Shown here: positions 1 through 12,962 of the stretch, piece after piece
Layout: every line of letters begins with the position of its first letter
Numbering within the stretch: position 1 is the first letter of the stretch
Program-made: the position numbers and the translations under genes
NCBI RefSeq assembly: GCF_964204865.1
Contig: NC_135260.1
Coordinates: 7,874,001 to 7,938,000 of the forward strand
Direction of reading: 5' to 3'
Length of the DNA stretch: 64,000 nt
From: Styela clava
Taxonomy: Eukaryota
The notes under the pieces: model-generated
What the model saw: only the letters and a program-made list of their open reading frames with translations
Told to the model about the DNA's origin: nothing
Database searches by the model: none

Positions 1-306
1 ACTTGCGCGCTCTATGGGTTCCTCATAGATAACACTCTAGTAACTACCTTTGCGGCGTCTGCAAAATTTCTGGACATCATTTTGACGACGCCTATTTCTT
101 CCGCCGACGCAGAGCGAATATTCAGCACGCTGAAGCGTATTAAAACGTATCTCAGAAACAAAATGAAGCAAGATAGATTAAATTCCTTGGCTGTTTTATC
201 CATTCACAGAGACGTTATTTCTGGGATGCATGACTTTAATCAGCGCGTTATTGAGCATTTTGCTTCCAAGAAACCGCGGCGTGTTGCATATATGTTCAAG
301 CAGTAG
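1..306 (+). CDS. hAT transposase C-terminal dimerization domain (5' part outside window)
   Basis: Frame 1 is open from base 1 to TAG at 304-306. The motif PISSADAERIFSTLKRIKTYLRNKMKQDRLNSLAVLSIHRD is the typical hAT dimerization domain. Confidence 0.85.
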   Translation, partial: TCALYGFLIDNTLVTTFAASAKFLDIILTTPISSADAERIFSTLKRIKTYLRNKMKQDRLNSLAVLSIHRDVISGMHDFNQRVIEHFASKKPRRVAYMFKQ

Positions 307-720
307 AAGTCTAGCAACATATATATCTATGAGTGAGCGACGCATGTCCTTATCTTTGCATTAACTTTCCTTTCTTCATAGTAACGTTTTAAACCTTATT
401 TTAGGTTTTGTCTGCTTTCCCAAAGTTTCTGTTAATATGTCATTGTATTTATCTGGGTAAATATTGCCCTTCCTTTTGAAAGAGGTTTCAAAATAAACTA
501 TGTCTATATTTATTAATCCCTTGACTTGGACCGGTTTTAAAGACACTTTCTTATCGTTAAAAATTGTCGCTTTTGCCGATTGGTTGATACCGATGGAAGG
601 GTTTTTATACTCATAAAATGATGGGAGAACTTACAGCGCTCATCCTGTCCCCGTAGATGGGGGTGACTTGGTCCCGCAGTAGCTTGCCCCGGTTGTCAAA
701 ATGACCACGCGCCGCCACTG
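1..720 (+). mobile_element. Right end of a hAT DNA transposon
   Basis: Transposase tail followed by terminus ...cgcgccgccactg at 720 (reverse complement CAGTGGCGGCGCG, a hAT-type TIR). The left end is outside the window. Confidence 0.7.
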
Positions 721-981
721 CAGTTCGATAGGATAAGTTAACATTCTTATATTTCACCACCCATGGTAGACAAACCCCATGAGTTTTTTAATTGAACACC
801 GAGATTACTAGTGTCAGTACACAATGCATCTGAATCATTAACTCATCTGGATCCCAAACATCAATTCCATTTCATGTGATGTATCTCTTTCAATCTAAAA
901 TGGTGTGCACTATAAATAATGCTCAAAAATTACTGTTTAAACCCGTCTGCCCTTCAGACTTAATAATTACAATATTTATTT

Positions 982-1058
982 AATATCGGCTTTTTTGGAA
1001 TATCGGCATTTTAGCTGGTATCGGTATCGGCGACGAAAGTGATATCGGTACATCTCTA
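982..1058. mobile_element. Truncated MITE end (TAGAGATGTACCGAT terminus, hAT-like)
   Basis: Repeated tatcgg subterminal motifs ending in ...atcggtacatctcta. No partner end found. Confidence 0.4.
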
Positions 1059-1608
1059 GTATATATATTATATCTACGACGCTTATAGTTGTCTGCATCA
1101 CGTCCTGTAGGCTGTGCACAATGTGTATATTCATTATGTATGTTTGAAAAATAAAATAATGAATGAATGAAGTATTTATTGTTCCATTTTGTAAAAATAC
1201 AGATTATCAAATCGGAAGAAGTTGCGAGAAACTGCATCGAGTTAGCAACGCCGTAGGCCTAAGATATGTGACAGAAAGAACAAGCAAAGAATAGTCATTG
1301 TTAAGTTTAGGAGACTTAAGAATAGATATTGCAAAATATATTTAAATATGGAGGGATATCAAGTAAATATTTTATTGTGAAAATTGTGAAATATAAGTTA
1401 TTATTGAGGTATGGTGAAACGTAAAAACAAAAAAAGTGTTAAATAAATTTTGCTAAGACATCGAAAGTCGATGATAAGTATTTCCATTCGAGTACAAAAC
1501 TATCTCGAAGATTTGATTGATGATGAAAATAGGATGCTGGAAATGTTTATGGGGAGCCTTTCTATATAGGTGCTCACTTGAGACTGGATTCAAGATGACA
1601 CATTATAT

Positions 1609-3678
1609 TCATTTGCAAACGAAAGACTGAAGAAGACCAAGCTGTAATTTCAACAATCGTGCTCCAGGGTGGTATGGACGATTATTGTAAACAGCCGACA
1701 TATCCCAAAATGGTAAATAAGTCACGCCGTCAGCGTTTTCAAACACTTGACGTAGCAAAACATTATATCTATAACTAAACCAATCTGACGGACAGAGTAT
1801 GGTTGATTGGGAGTGGGCGTGAAGTTCCCTGACAAATATTTTTATGTTGGGCGATCTCCGATGCAAATTTTCAACGGACGCACGTATATTTCTGATTCGT
1901 TGTAAATATATATCTGGATGAAATAAATTCATGTGCAGCCCAATCGAAAATATAAATATAATATTGTCTCTATCCGATGGAATTTCATCTAAAGTATCTG
2001 ATATATACGGTCTTACTTCCGACAGTCCTGGATGATGAGAAGGGGGGCCATGCGGAAAAAATCGGAGGGTTATATTGTTTTTTCTTTGGTGTCCGATACG
2101 CCTCTCCGCCCACGAAGAATCCGTACCACCCAGACCATATGTTTCAGCACCAAAAGCTGAAATTAGGTATCTATACCATTGTTTCATTGTGGAATCTCCT
2201 GTTAAAATTATTTCATGGTTCTGAAGACAATTTGCGAATTTATCTTCATCGAATGGATGATTTCGACAAATGAAAGAAGACCATCCAGCGTTTATAGCTA
2301 ATCCGGTGGCAACCGATGGGTCTTTATTAAGAACAACCTGTTTCAATTCAGAACACCGTGGTAGCTCGGAAGCAAATCGCGGTCTACTCCCGCCATCTTG
2401 TATTTGTACCGTTAAATTTGGTTGCATTATTTTCACTCTCCAAGTTATTCCTTTTCGAAAATATGGTCGTTTTCCAAGCTTTTGGTTTTTATCAGAATCT
2501 AAATATCTTGCCATCCATAGATTCGTTGAACATTGATTTGATTTTGGCTTCATGCAGTACCATGGGTCTCCATTCTTTGGGTTGGAGTAATCACAAACTC
2601 CGTATCTGCAAAATTTAACAATCATTGGCAAAAATTTCAACATTTTCCAAATACATATATATATATATGCAATGTCGGGATTCCAAATTTCAAGAATAGG
2701 TATCTTTTGTATCGGAATCACTAGCTACAAATTTCCTCATTTCATAAACTGTATGTATTTGTCACTACCACGATGTGTTCAAAATAACATTGCTTTACAT
2801 AAATTTGATACTTGACTTCCAAAACGCCAAATATAACGCTGTTTGGTCGTCAGCGTCCGTGCACGTTACCCGTTTGCTGCTGTCGTCTAACGTCTAAAAC
2901 AGATGGGGTTCACTGACTATCACGACCTACCAAAAATTGTTATTTATTTATACAAATTAGTAAAATATTTTGGCATCATATATACGACTGTGCCAACCTA
3001 CTTTGATTTTCCTGGAAATCCAAACGCGCAATCCGTCAACTCCTCTTGTCCATTGATTTTCACTGTTGCTCGAAGTGAAACACCGAGTTCTTTTGTTCCA
3101 GAAGAATTTAACATCAGTCCATATAAACTTTCGCTTGGATGTATTAATGTCACTTTCAGTACTCCAGTCCCTACCCAGACTAAAGGACACGAAATATCAT
3201 AAGTCCCGATCAAATTGTCCACAACGCCACAAGAAACCCCATCAGTATCTCTAAATGGTTTATAGAGTCCCACGCGGAAAAAATCACCACCATATTTCTT
3301 GGGGTTTCCTCTAAAATCCATTGCTTTAATTTTGGCTTTGAATATATCGTTTAATTTGTATATTTTCTTCGGAATAGAAATTATTGTCTTTCTGGCTGAA
3401 GTTATCATGGGCTGTGGAGGAAGTGTATTCATGCCTCCAAAATGTCCTTTCATTGACTGTATATGTGGAAAATATTGTATCCATTTGCTTTGAAATATAC
3501 CTGGTAAAGGTGGAAATACATCTTCCGTCGCTGTGACATTTTCAAACAGGTACGTTTTGAAGACGCTCGCTTCAGATCTATCAGAATCTGGAATGCTAGT
3601 ACACAGCGTATATGTTGGGAATAGAAACAAAACCATCAATATACCTGGCTTCCTGTCGGCATTGCTTAAAAAAGTCAT
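1609..3678 (-). CDS. NXPE: NXPE family (neurexophilin/PC-esterase domain) protein, copy 1; exons 3678-3002 and 2605-1609, 557 aa
   Basis: N-terminal hydrophobic anchor, filamin-like segment DFRGNPKKYGGDFFRV, catalytic TGDST, HGPP and C-terminal WDMS..YHP...LLQSFVCK. The GT-AG intron 3001-2606 joins in phase 2 (AA|A). Confidence 0.9.
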
Positions 3679-4269
3679 GATTAATTAACTATAAAATAAG
3701 GATATGTTTGTAGCTTGTTTAATGAATTCAGACATCCTCTAACATTGTAGATTATTTATGCTGAATAACTAAGTTCTATCGCGATCATTCAACTTAGTTA
3801 GCTCTAGCTAATAATCAAGGGCGCAATCAGGAAACAGAAACACACTCTTCTCGATACTCCCCAATAGATACCCTAAAGGCAGGACCAGATTAACAATTAA
3901 GCAAGGTGGCAATCCATTTTGTTTTTATGTTGTTACTAACATGTAAATTGTTCCAGGCTTCCAGCATAATATCGGTTTATAATTTTACAAAGCTGATATT
4001 TGTTTATCTTCAAATCAGGTTAATAATTTTCGTCCCAAATATTCACCATATAAACTAAAGATTGAAATATATACGTTCGAATAAATAAATTTGTCTGACT
4101 TTAAAAAGCCCTTTAATCTTAAACACAGAATATACAAATTTAATTTGTTAATGGATAATCATTCTGTGTGTATCAAATATATAAACTACGTTAGCAAGCA
4201 TGTTACACAGAATCACAAAGTATATACATATGAACTACAAAGCCATGTTGCTTATTCTGTGTCTCTCTG

Positions 4270-4840
4270 CCCTGAAGTGGGGGTCGACAAACGTCGTTGC
4301 GCCGAGTCGATTCATCGGGTCCGCGACCTATTTTAAAATTTGCACCTTTAGATTTTCTAAAACCTTCTCGTGTAATATCTTCTGTTTCGTTTCGGTGGAT
4401 TGTCGATCGTGTTAGACTGGTTTAGTAAATTATGTAACCGCAGGCAAATATCAAGTAATTGATTTTTGCGCCGCAAGGCCGACTGGGGTCGTCGGAGTTA
4501 AAACTCGCCGCATTGGCTCGACGCAGTTAGAACTCGCGCGCGTGACAATTCCAGCTAAGTCACTGGTGCTAAGGGTACGCTTGGTCATAATTAGCGTTAA
4601 AAGTTTTGAACTTTGCGGACTAGATTGATTATTCCTTAAAATGGCATCAATGTTGGGCAACATGTATGAATGTGGATAGACGTTTATGTCAACAAATTTC
4701 ATGAAAATGGGGTCGAGGACACAACTAGGTGATAATAACCTAAACAATGTTATGCTTCTTGATTCTTTCAATTTGGTGACGTACCTCCCGAAAATACAAA
4801 GTCAAAAGCAACATCAAATACCAGTTCAACATGTAATTCG
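4270..4840 (+). mobile_element. Degenerate Buster/Charlie-type hAT relic upstream of NXPE copy 1 (homologous relic at ~11750-13120)
   Basis: Plus-strand translation from ~4635 reads LKMASMLGNMYECG*TFMSTNFMKMGSRTQLGDNNLNNVMLL...KQHQ, resembling the Buster/SPIN C-terminus (FGSTYxCE..FS.MK..K..RS.L.D). A CAGGGG-like left end is seen at ~11752. Confidence 0.55.
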
Positions 4841-4998
4841 TATTTTATAAATAGAAAACAAAAATTGTGTTTTGTTTTCATAAAAATGATGTAATATAAT
4901 ACCTATATCATTTATCTGCTATTTTGCTGACATGTCGTTGTCCAAATTATTCATTTCCAAGTTGAACATAGCTCTCCTGTTAATTCTGCTCTTCTATT

Positions 4999-5195
4999 GG
5001 TACTCATGAAGTATGCGTATCAAGATGGCGTACACCGGAATGTAGTATGTGCTCCAGGTTAGGCCATAAGTTTATTCAAATTTTCCTTATTTTAGTTCTA
5101 TTACGAGTTTGGGGACTAGCCAAGGGACTCCCATAGTATTTGTACCTAAAATTATGGCCTAACCCCAACCTGGTACGCATACTTCAAGAGTATCC
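4999..5195. mobile_element. Fold-back MITE with CAAGATGGCG and GGTTAGG motifs (older copy of the 17670 family)
   Basis: Imperfect TIR gtactcatgaagtatgcgta / tacgcatacttcaagagtat; internal sequence similar to 17670-17907. Confidence 0.65.
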
Positions 5196-5329
5196 TTTTA
5201 TTGATACCTTAAAATCCAACGATAGTCTGCTAAATTACATGCAGCGATAAGCTGCAAGTAAAATATCAATGAGCAACGGCAGTGACCTCTCTGCTATAGA
5301 GGCGACCAAATTTAAATTATATAGTAAAT

Positions 5330-5956
5330 CGGGTATTCCCGTAGTGTGTGTACCAGGTTAGGGTTAGGTAGGCTCACCATACGTCCCGCTTTTTAGCGTC
5401 TTGTCCCGCCGTCCCGACAAGTCAGCAAAAGTCCCGCTTTTGCGTTCAGCCATACAGCATAATACACGAACATGTTCTCGTTACTGTTGTTGCTGTGTAG
5501 CGCAACGCTAGCGTACTTACTGAAGGTGAATGCGTTATTTTGTTTGTTTCGTTGTTTCCCGCTAACATTGTTAGCAAACGTATCACATGTAAAATCAATT
5601 CTAATTGGTCCTGTTCGGACGTTCACGTGAACGTAACATTGAACAACGTCTTTTTGAAGGTGTTATCTACAGAAAAGCATGCTTGGTAAAAAAATAAGTA
5701 AATCTTAATGCTTGAAAACGGCAGACTATTTCATTATTCTTTATTCCTTTTGCTGGACATAAAAAAATCTAAATTCGGATCATGTGTATCGTTAGCGTTT
5801 ATTCCTTTCTATTTTTCGAACTGAACCTATTTTTCTTTTATCACCCTCGCTAAGCCAATTTCATTTGGCGTTACGGTCGATATTTATTAAGTCGATGTAA
5901 CGTAGGTGAACAAAATTAGTTACTTCCATATTGGTGTACACACTCATGGAGCGCCG
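5330..5956. mobile_element. Related MITE interrupted at 5369 by a TAGGCTCACCA-type hAT left end
   Basis: Left end cgggtattcccgtagtgtgtgtacca-ggttagggttagg; right end ...gtacacactcatggagcgccg, similar to 18380-18426. The nested taggctcaccatacgtcccg resembles the TIR of 20329-22157. Confidence 0.45.
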
Positions 5957-6222
5957 TAAATTGAACTGTGTTTAAATTCGAATCTACCAAGAGAAATTGT
6001 GGTAAGATCCGAAACTAATAAAAACAAGTTACGCAAAAAGTTTCCGTGCGGTAATCGCACTATTCTATTCGACTGTTTTCCTTTTATCACCCTCGTTAAG
6101 CCAATTTCATCTGGCGTTACGGTCGATATTTATTCAGATCCAATATCATATACAGCCAAGTAGATAACTCCATAGACACATAAAGACAGCAAGTGAAAGT
6201 GATGCACATACAAAGTCAATAT

Positions 6223-6393
6223 CGGTTCCATTACATTTGAACCCACGAAGATTGCACCGGCATACTATTGCACATATGGAAATTTTTGTTGTTTTACGGA
6301 TATTTGAACCCATACCAACCCTAAGCCATGGGTTTTGCACCCGCATATAGATTGAACCCGCGAATATACACATGGGTTCAAATGTACGGTCAC
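6223..6393. mobile_element. Palindromic MITE (CGG..TACATTTGAACCC TIR), copy 1
   Basis: Inverted ends tacatttgaaccc / gggttcaaatgta; second copy at 23178-23381. Confidence 0.7.
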
Positions 6394-7018
6394 CTCAATA
6401 TAATATGCATATATACACACCGGTAAAAAAATATTTGAAAACAAAATGATAGAGACACTGAAAACCAAGTTTGGTAAGCTTTATGAAACGTGAGGGCTTA
6501 GCAAAAATTTCATTTTAGCAAATTGTATTTTGGATCCTTGTGAGGCCAGATATTCCATCCAAATGCTAATGTCGTATTAAATTCGTAAGTACACTTTTAT
6601 ATGACGCAAGAGAATGGGTCATTCTATTACGCTTGTCCGTCGATCTTTTATTAACAAACTCAGTGGTCAGCTAAGGCTTAATACGCGATTCTTGATGTCA
6701 ATATATTTTAGTATTGTTTCCCCATGTTCATGATATATACTGGTCGGGCCAATTTGAGGTAATTCTCATCCAATGCCAAATTAGTATCTGGCTTGAACTC
6801 ACTCTAACTATTGCCTATAATAAGACATAAATTTCTACATATAATACTCATTGTTCACTCTCAACTTTTGATTTTTCACGACCAAAATTAAAAGAAACAT
6901 TGCGTACAAGGATTATAATGATTCCGTAGATGTGCTGTGAAATTGGTTGTATGAACAAAATTTAATTTGATAATTTTTTGGGAAGTTATTGCCGATAACC
7001 GATAGAGGAAAGAAAGGT

Positions 7019-7240
7019 AGGCCACGGGGCCAGATGGAAAATCAGCTCTCGCACTCGTATATCCATAATCGTTTCAAACTTTGACTTCGCCCTTCGATGA
7101 GTTATGACGATTTAAACTAAAATTTCGCCATATCCATTTGTTATGTTACTTCATCTCTTCCGACAGAACTTGAGTGCTCAGAGACTTAGAAATTCGTTAT
7201 GTTTTGTGTTATATTAGCTTTTCCTCCGGCCCATGGCCCG
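7019..7240. mobile_element. Small degenerate TIR element (GGCC termini)
   Basis: ggccacggggccagatggaaaa..agct versus agcttttcctccggcccatggccc. Confidence 0.4.
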
Positions 7241-8519
7241 ATTCGGAATATATTCTAAACTTAAAAATAATTTTTTAAATGATGTACAAAAGAGTAAATT
7301 ATTTGTACCCGTATTTGATGTTTATTGCCTTATTAACAAATAATTGTCATTGTCGATAATGGAAGTTACAATACTTAGTTTCAATTGAAATAAGGCATCA
7401 CCAAAAAAATAGTTTAGATTAAATCATAAGAATATAAAGTATTCAAGAGTAATTTTATAACGATTGTTTAGATACGCAAGTCTCCAAAATAGTTGAATGT
7501 TGCGAATGCAAAAAATATATTTGAAGGAAGATCTAAAATATTTCATTTAAGCATTAATTTGAAAATCATTAAATTTCCAAACCTGAAGCCGCACAGTTTG
7601 TTAGATGGTAGAATGATAATATTATTCCATTTGCCTTGCCGTTGTAGTGAGGGTGAATACTGATTACCACGTTATAGCCTAATAGTATTATTATATCCCA
7701 ATGTATTTGTAATCAAGACGTCCACCTTCTACCTCGGTGACTTGCGCGCATATTTATTAGTTAGGCCAGCAGAACAGTAAGTTCGGACAAGTTTTAGTCT
7801 TCTCACAAATTATATTCATGAATCGGTGAAAAGGCCATCAAAATAATCTCGCCATTTGCATCTCCATGGCGCTTTGAGCACGAACTTTGAGCTCTGACTA
7901 AAACTAAGAGCAAAAAATGGAGCGACGGAACCTCGTTCCAATTGTTTCTATAAACAGACACAACATCGCATTACCATTTGCAGAACAATTCGTTTTAATT
8001 GTTTCCTATTCATTGTTCCTTTTTGTAAGAGTTAACGAAAATATACCGAATATCAAATTGGAAGAAGTGGCGAGAAACTGCATCGAGTCAGCAACGCCAT
8101 AGGCATAATAAATTTGACAGAGAAAACACGAAAACAAATGCCTGCGATGTTATTATTATTTTTATCCAATGGGTTGCTGTGGTAGTAAATAACGAATATT
8201 GCGGAATAGTCATTGTTAGATTTAGAAAGAGACTTACGAAAAGAAATAACAAAATACATTCAAATATGGAGGCATAGTAAGTATATAATTGATTGAAATA
8301 TATTCGGCTATTATTGAGGTATAATGGAGTAACGTAAATATACAAAAAATGGTGAATAAATTTGGCTAAGAATTAGAAAGCGATGATAAATACCTACCAT
8401 TCGATTGCAGAACTAACTTGAAGATTAAATTGATAGAAATGTGAACGTTGGAAAGGTTTACATGGAGCCTTTTTATGAGGGGGCTCACTTAAGACTTGAT
8501 TTAAGATGACACAATATAT

Positions 8520-10824
8520 TCATTTGCAAACGAAAGACTGAAAAAGACCAAGCTGTAATCTTAACAATCGTACTCCAGGGTGGTATGGACCGTTATTGTA
8601 TACAGCCGACATATCCCAAAATGGTAGATAAGTCACGCCGTCAACGTTTTTAAACACTTGACGTAGCAAAACATTGTATCTATAACTAAACCAATCTGAC
8701 GGACAGACTCTGGTTGATTGAGAGTGTGCATGAAGCTCCTTGACAAATATTTTTACGTTAGGCGACCTCCGATGCAAATTTTCAACGGACGCATGTATAT
8801 TTCTGATTCGTTGTAAATATATATCTGGATGAAATAAATTCATGTGCAGTCCAATCGAAAATATAAATATAATATTGTCTCTATTTGATGGAATGTCATC
8901 TAAAGTATCTGATATATACGGTCTCACTTCCGACAGTCCTGGATGATGAGAAGGGGGGCCATGCGGAAAAAATCGGAGGGTTATATTGTTTTTTCTTTGG
9001 TGTCCGATACGCCTCTCCGCCCACGAGGAATCCGTACCACCCAGACCATAATCTTCAGCACCAAAAGCTGAAATTAGGTATCTATACCATTGTTTCATAG
9101 TGGAATCTCCCGTTAAAATTATTTCATGGTTCTGAAGACAATTTGCGAATTTATTTTCATCGAATGGATAATTCCGACAAATGAAAGAAGACCATCCAGC
9201 GTTTATAGCTAATCCGGTGGCAACTGACGGGTCTTTATTAAGAATAACCTGTTTCAATGCAGAACACGGCGGTAGTTGAGAAGAAAATCGCGGTCTACTC
9301 CAGTCGTCTTGTATTTGCACCGCTAAATTGGGTTGCATTATTTTCACTCTCCAAGTTATTCCTTGTTGAAAATATGGTCGTTTCCCAAGTTTTTGATCAT
9401 TAACAGAATCATAATATCTATCCATCCATAGATTCGTTGAACATTGATTTGGCGATTTTGGCTTCATGCAGTACCATGGATCTCCATTCTTTGGGTTGGA
9501 GTAATCACAAACTTCGTGTCTGCAAAAATTGACAATCCTCGACAAAAATTTCAACATTTTCCAAATACATATATGCAGTGTGGGATTCAGATTTTTTGTC
9601 AGCCGGTTCCATCACAAAAGTCCTATTTTAAGCCGATTTTGTTACAAAAAGTCATGTCTTTTTCAGTAATGCTAACCGGTTCGCTGATCTCATGAAATTC
9701 CCTGAGACGGTTCTATAGAACCGGTGCGAACCGGCTGAACCCCACCACTGCATATATACGTATATGCAATGTCGGGATTCCAAATTTCAAGAATATAGTT
9801 ATCTCTTTATCGAAATCACTAACAACAAATTTCCTCATTACATAAACTGTATATATATATGTATTTGTCACTACATACGCTGTGTTAAAATGACATTGCT
9901 TTACATAAATTTTATACATGACTTCCGAAACTCCAAATATAACGCTGGTCGTCAGCGTCCGTGCACGTCACCTTGCAAAACGGGCTTGTGCGAACCACCT
10001 GAATCCCACCACTGTATGTTAATGCATGTATATTCAATGAATATACCAACACTCCAAAATAAGTTGTTATTAAATGATGAAAACTAGTAATTTAAAAAAG
10101 AAATTAATTTGGCGTCATATACGAATGAGCGAACCTACTTTGACTTTCCTGGAAATCCAAACGCGCAATCCGTCAACTCCTCTTGTCCATTGATTTTCAC
10201 CCTTGCTCGAAGTGAAACACCGGGTTCTTTTGTTCCAGAAGAATTTAACATCAGTCCATATAAACTTTCGCTTGGATGTATTAATGTCACTTTCAGTACT
10301 CCAGTCCCTACCCAGACTAAAGGACACGAAATATCATAAGTCCCGATCAAATTGTCCACTACGCCACAAGAAACCCCATCAGTATCTCTAAATGGTTTAT
10401 AGAGTCCCACGCGGAAAAAATCACCACCATATTTTTTGGGGTTTCCTGTAGAATCCATTGCTTTAATTCTGGCTTTGAATATATCGTTTAATTTGTATAT
10501 TTTATTCGGGATATAAATTTTTGTCTCTCTGGCAGAAGTTATAATGGGCTGTGGAGGAAGTGTATTCATTCCTTCAAAATATACTTCCATTGACTGTATA
10601 TATGGAAAATATTGTATCCATTTGCTTTGAAATATACCTGGTAAAGGTGGAAATACATCTTCCGTCGCTGAGACATTTTGAAACAAATACGTTTTCAGGA
10701 CGCTCGCTTCAGATCTAGCAAAATTTGGAATGCTAGTACACAGCATATATGTTAAGAATAGGAACAAAACCATCAATATAACTGGCTTTCTGTCGACTTT
10801 GCTCAAAAAAGTCCGAGAATCCAT
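8520..10824 (-). CDS. NXPE: NXPE family protein, copy 2 (tandem paralog); exons 10824-10139 and 9519-8520, 561 aa
   Basis: Same motifs and same phase-2 intron position as copy 1, with very high similarity across both exons. Confidence 0.9.
9576..9750. mobile_element. hAT MITE inserted in the NXPE copy 2 intron
   Basis: Termini cagtgtgggattcag / ctgaaccccaccactg, 8-bp TSD catatatg/catatata. Absent at the homologous (ta)n site of copy 1 (~2655). Confidence 0.8.
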
Positions 10825-12200
10825 AGTTAAATAATTATAAAATCCGTGTATATATATGTTATATTTCGATGTTCGTAGCTCATTTAAATAACTCAGTTAT
10901 CCCCTGGTATTGAAATACGAAGAATTTTTAAAATCGTGAAAAAATTTATGTACTGCATACCCGGCGAAGCCCGTGTAGATTATTTATGCTGTATCACTAG
11001 GTTCTACCGCGGTCCTTAGTTAACTCTAGCTACTAATAAAGGTGCGAAATCACAAACACTCGGTGATCATTCTGTTCTCGATACTCCTACTAGATAGCCT
11101 GGAGGCAGAGCCAGATTAGCCAATAAGCAAGGTAGCAATCAATTTTGAACTAATTTTTGTTTTTAAGTCGTTTCTAAATTGTAAATCGTTCCAGGCTTCC
11201 AGCAGCATAAAATCGATTTTACAAATCTGATATTTTTTTAATCAGGTTGATAATTCTTGTCCCAAATATTTACCATATAAACATTGAAATATTAAATACG
11301 ATCGAATAAATAAATTTGTCTGACTTTGAAAAACCTTTAATCTTAAACGAGGAATAAACAAATTTAATTTGTTAATAGAGGGCCTGACGAATAACATAGC
11401 CCAGGGCCTCTCATCGTCTAAACTAAAGCCAGTCCTGCCTAGAGGTATATTGTTAAGTGGTTTATTTGTCAAGGTAGCTATTGTCAGTTGATTACTGAAT
11501 TACCTCAATTGATTACTAAAAGAATAGCAGGAACAATTATGAATGCTTCAGGATCGCATCAAGGTTTTGAGTAATCGGAACTATGGTCTTTCGAGTACCA
11601 CAAACACTTTCGGTACATAATTTAAATAATCATTCTGTGCGCATCAAATATATAAACTGCATTAGCAAGCTTGTTGGCCTTGGAACATAAGGTACATGGA
11701 TATGAAAGTTGAAGCAATGTTGCATTTTCTGTGCGTCTCTATGTACTGAAGCAGGGGCAGGCAAACTTCGTTTCGCCAAGTGAAATCATCCCGTCCGCGG
11801 CATATTTTAAAATTTGCACCTCTAAATTTTCTAAAACCCCCTCGTCTTTTGTGATATCTGCTGTTTCGTTTCTGCGATTGTCGATCGTGTTTTGTTCCAA
11901 TGCAATCGACAGGTTTGGTATTTTATCTATATCACCAGAGGCACATAACATGTGATTCATTTTTGTGCCCGCAATGACGATTGCGGTCGTCGTAGTTAAA
12001 ACTCGCCGCATTAAGACGACGCAGTCAGAACTCACGTGCGTAATAATCACGTAATAATCCGAACTAAGTCACTGGTGCGTAGGACACGGTTAGTGATATT
12101 CACCGTTCAAAGTTTCGAACTTTGCAAATGGTGTCCCGACTAGATCAATTATTCCTTAAAATGGCATCAATGTTGGGCAACATGTATATGCATGTGGATG

Positions 12201-12567
12201 CGCTTGGATGTATTAATGTCACTTTCAGTACTCCAGTCCCTACCCAGACTAAAGGACACGAAATATCATAAGTCCCGATCAAATTGTCCACTACGCCACA
12301 AGAAACCCCATCAGTATCTCTAAATGGTTTATAGAGTCCCACGCGGAAAAAATCACCACCATATTTTTTGGGGTTTCCTGTAGAATCCATTGCTTTAATT
12401 TTGGCTTTGAATATATCGTTTAATTTGTATATTTTATTCGGGATATAAATTTTTGTCTCTCTGGCAGAAGTTATAATGGGCTGTGGAGGAAGTGTATTCA
12501 TTCCTTCAAAATATACTTCCATTGACTGTATATATGGAAAATATTGTATCCATTTGCTTTGAAATAT
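12201..12567 (-). pseudogene. 367-bp duplicated fragment of NXPE copy 2 exon 1 (source 10269-10635)
   Basis: Near-identical to 10269-10635 (one difference seen, KAKIK vs KARIK). It lacks the start, the signal anchor and the catalytic exon. Confidence 0.9.
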
Positions 12568-12582
12568 GTAAACCTTTTGTAA

Positions 12583-12962
12583 ACCTCTAAATTTTCTAAA
12601 ACCCCCTCGTCTTTTGTGATATCTGCTGTTTCGTTTCTGCGATTGTCGATCGTGTTTTGTTCCAATGCAATCGACAGGTTTGGTATTTTATCTATATCAC
12701 CAGAGGCACATAACATGTGATTCATTTTTGTGCCCGCAATGACGATTGTGGTCGTCGTAGTTAAAACTCGCCGCATTAAGACGACGCAGTCAGAACTCAC
12801 GTGCGTAATAATCACGTAATAATCCGAACTAAGTCACTGGTGCGTAGGACACGGTTAGTGATATTCACCGTTCAAAGTTTCGAACTTTGCAAATGGTGTC
12901 CCGACTAGATCAATTATTCCTTAAAATGGCATCAATGTTGGGCAACATGTATATGCATGTGG
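12583..12962 (+). repeat. 380-bp near-perfect direct duplicate of 11818-12197
   Basis: Direct comparison; the identical ORFs 11739-12050 and 12498-12815 reflect this. Confidence 0.9.

Noticed and set aside
1977-3493. Plus-strand ORFs overlapping NXPE copy 1, and their counterparts in copy 2
   Set aside because: Antisense shadows of the real CDS; their recurrence follows from the duplication.
11739-12815. Duplicated ORFs MIITHVSSDCVV... (103 and 105 aa)
   Set aside because: They lie antisense within a duplicated degenerate hAT relic, have non-ATG starts and show no recognisable domain.
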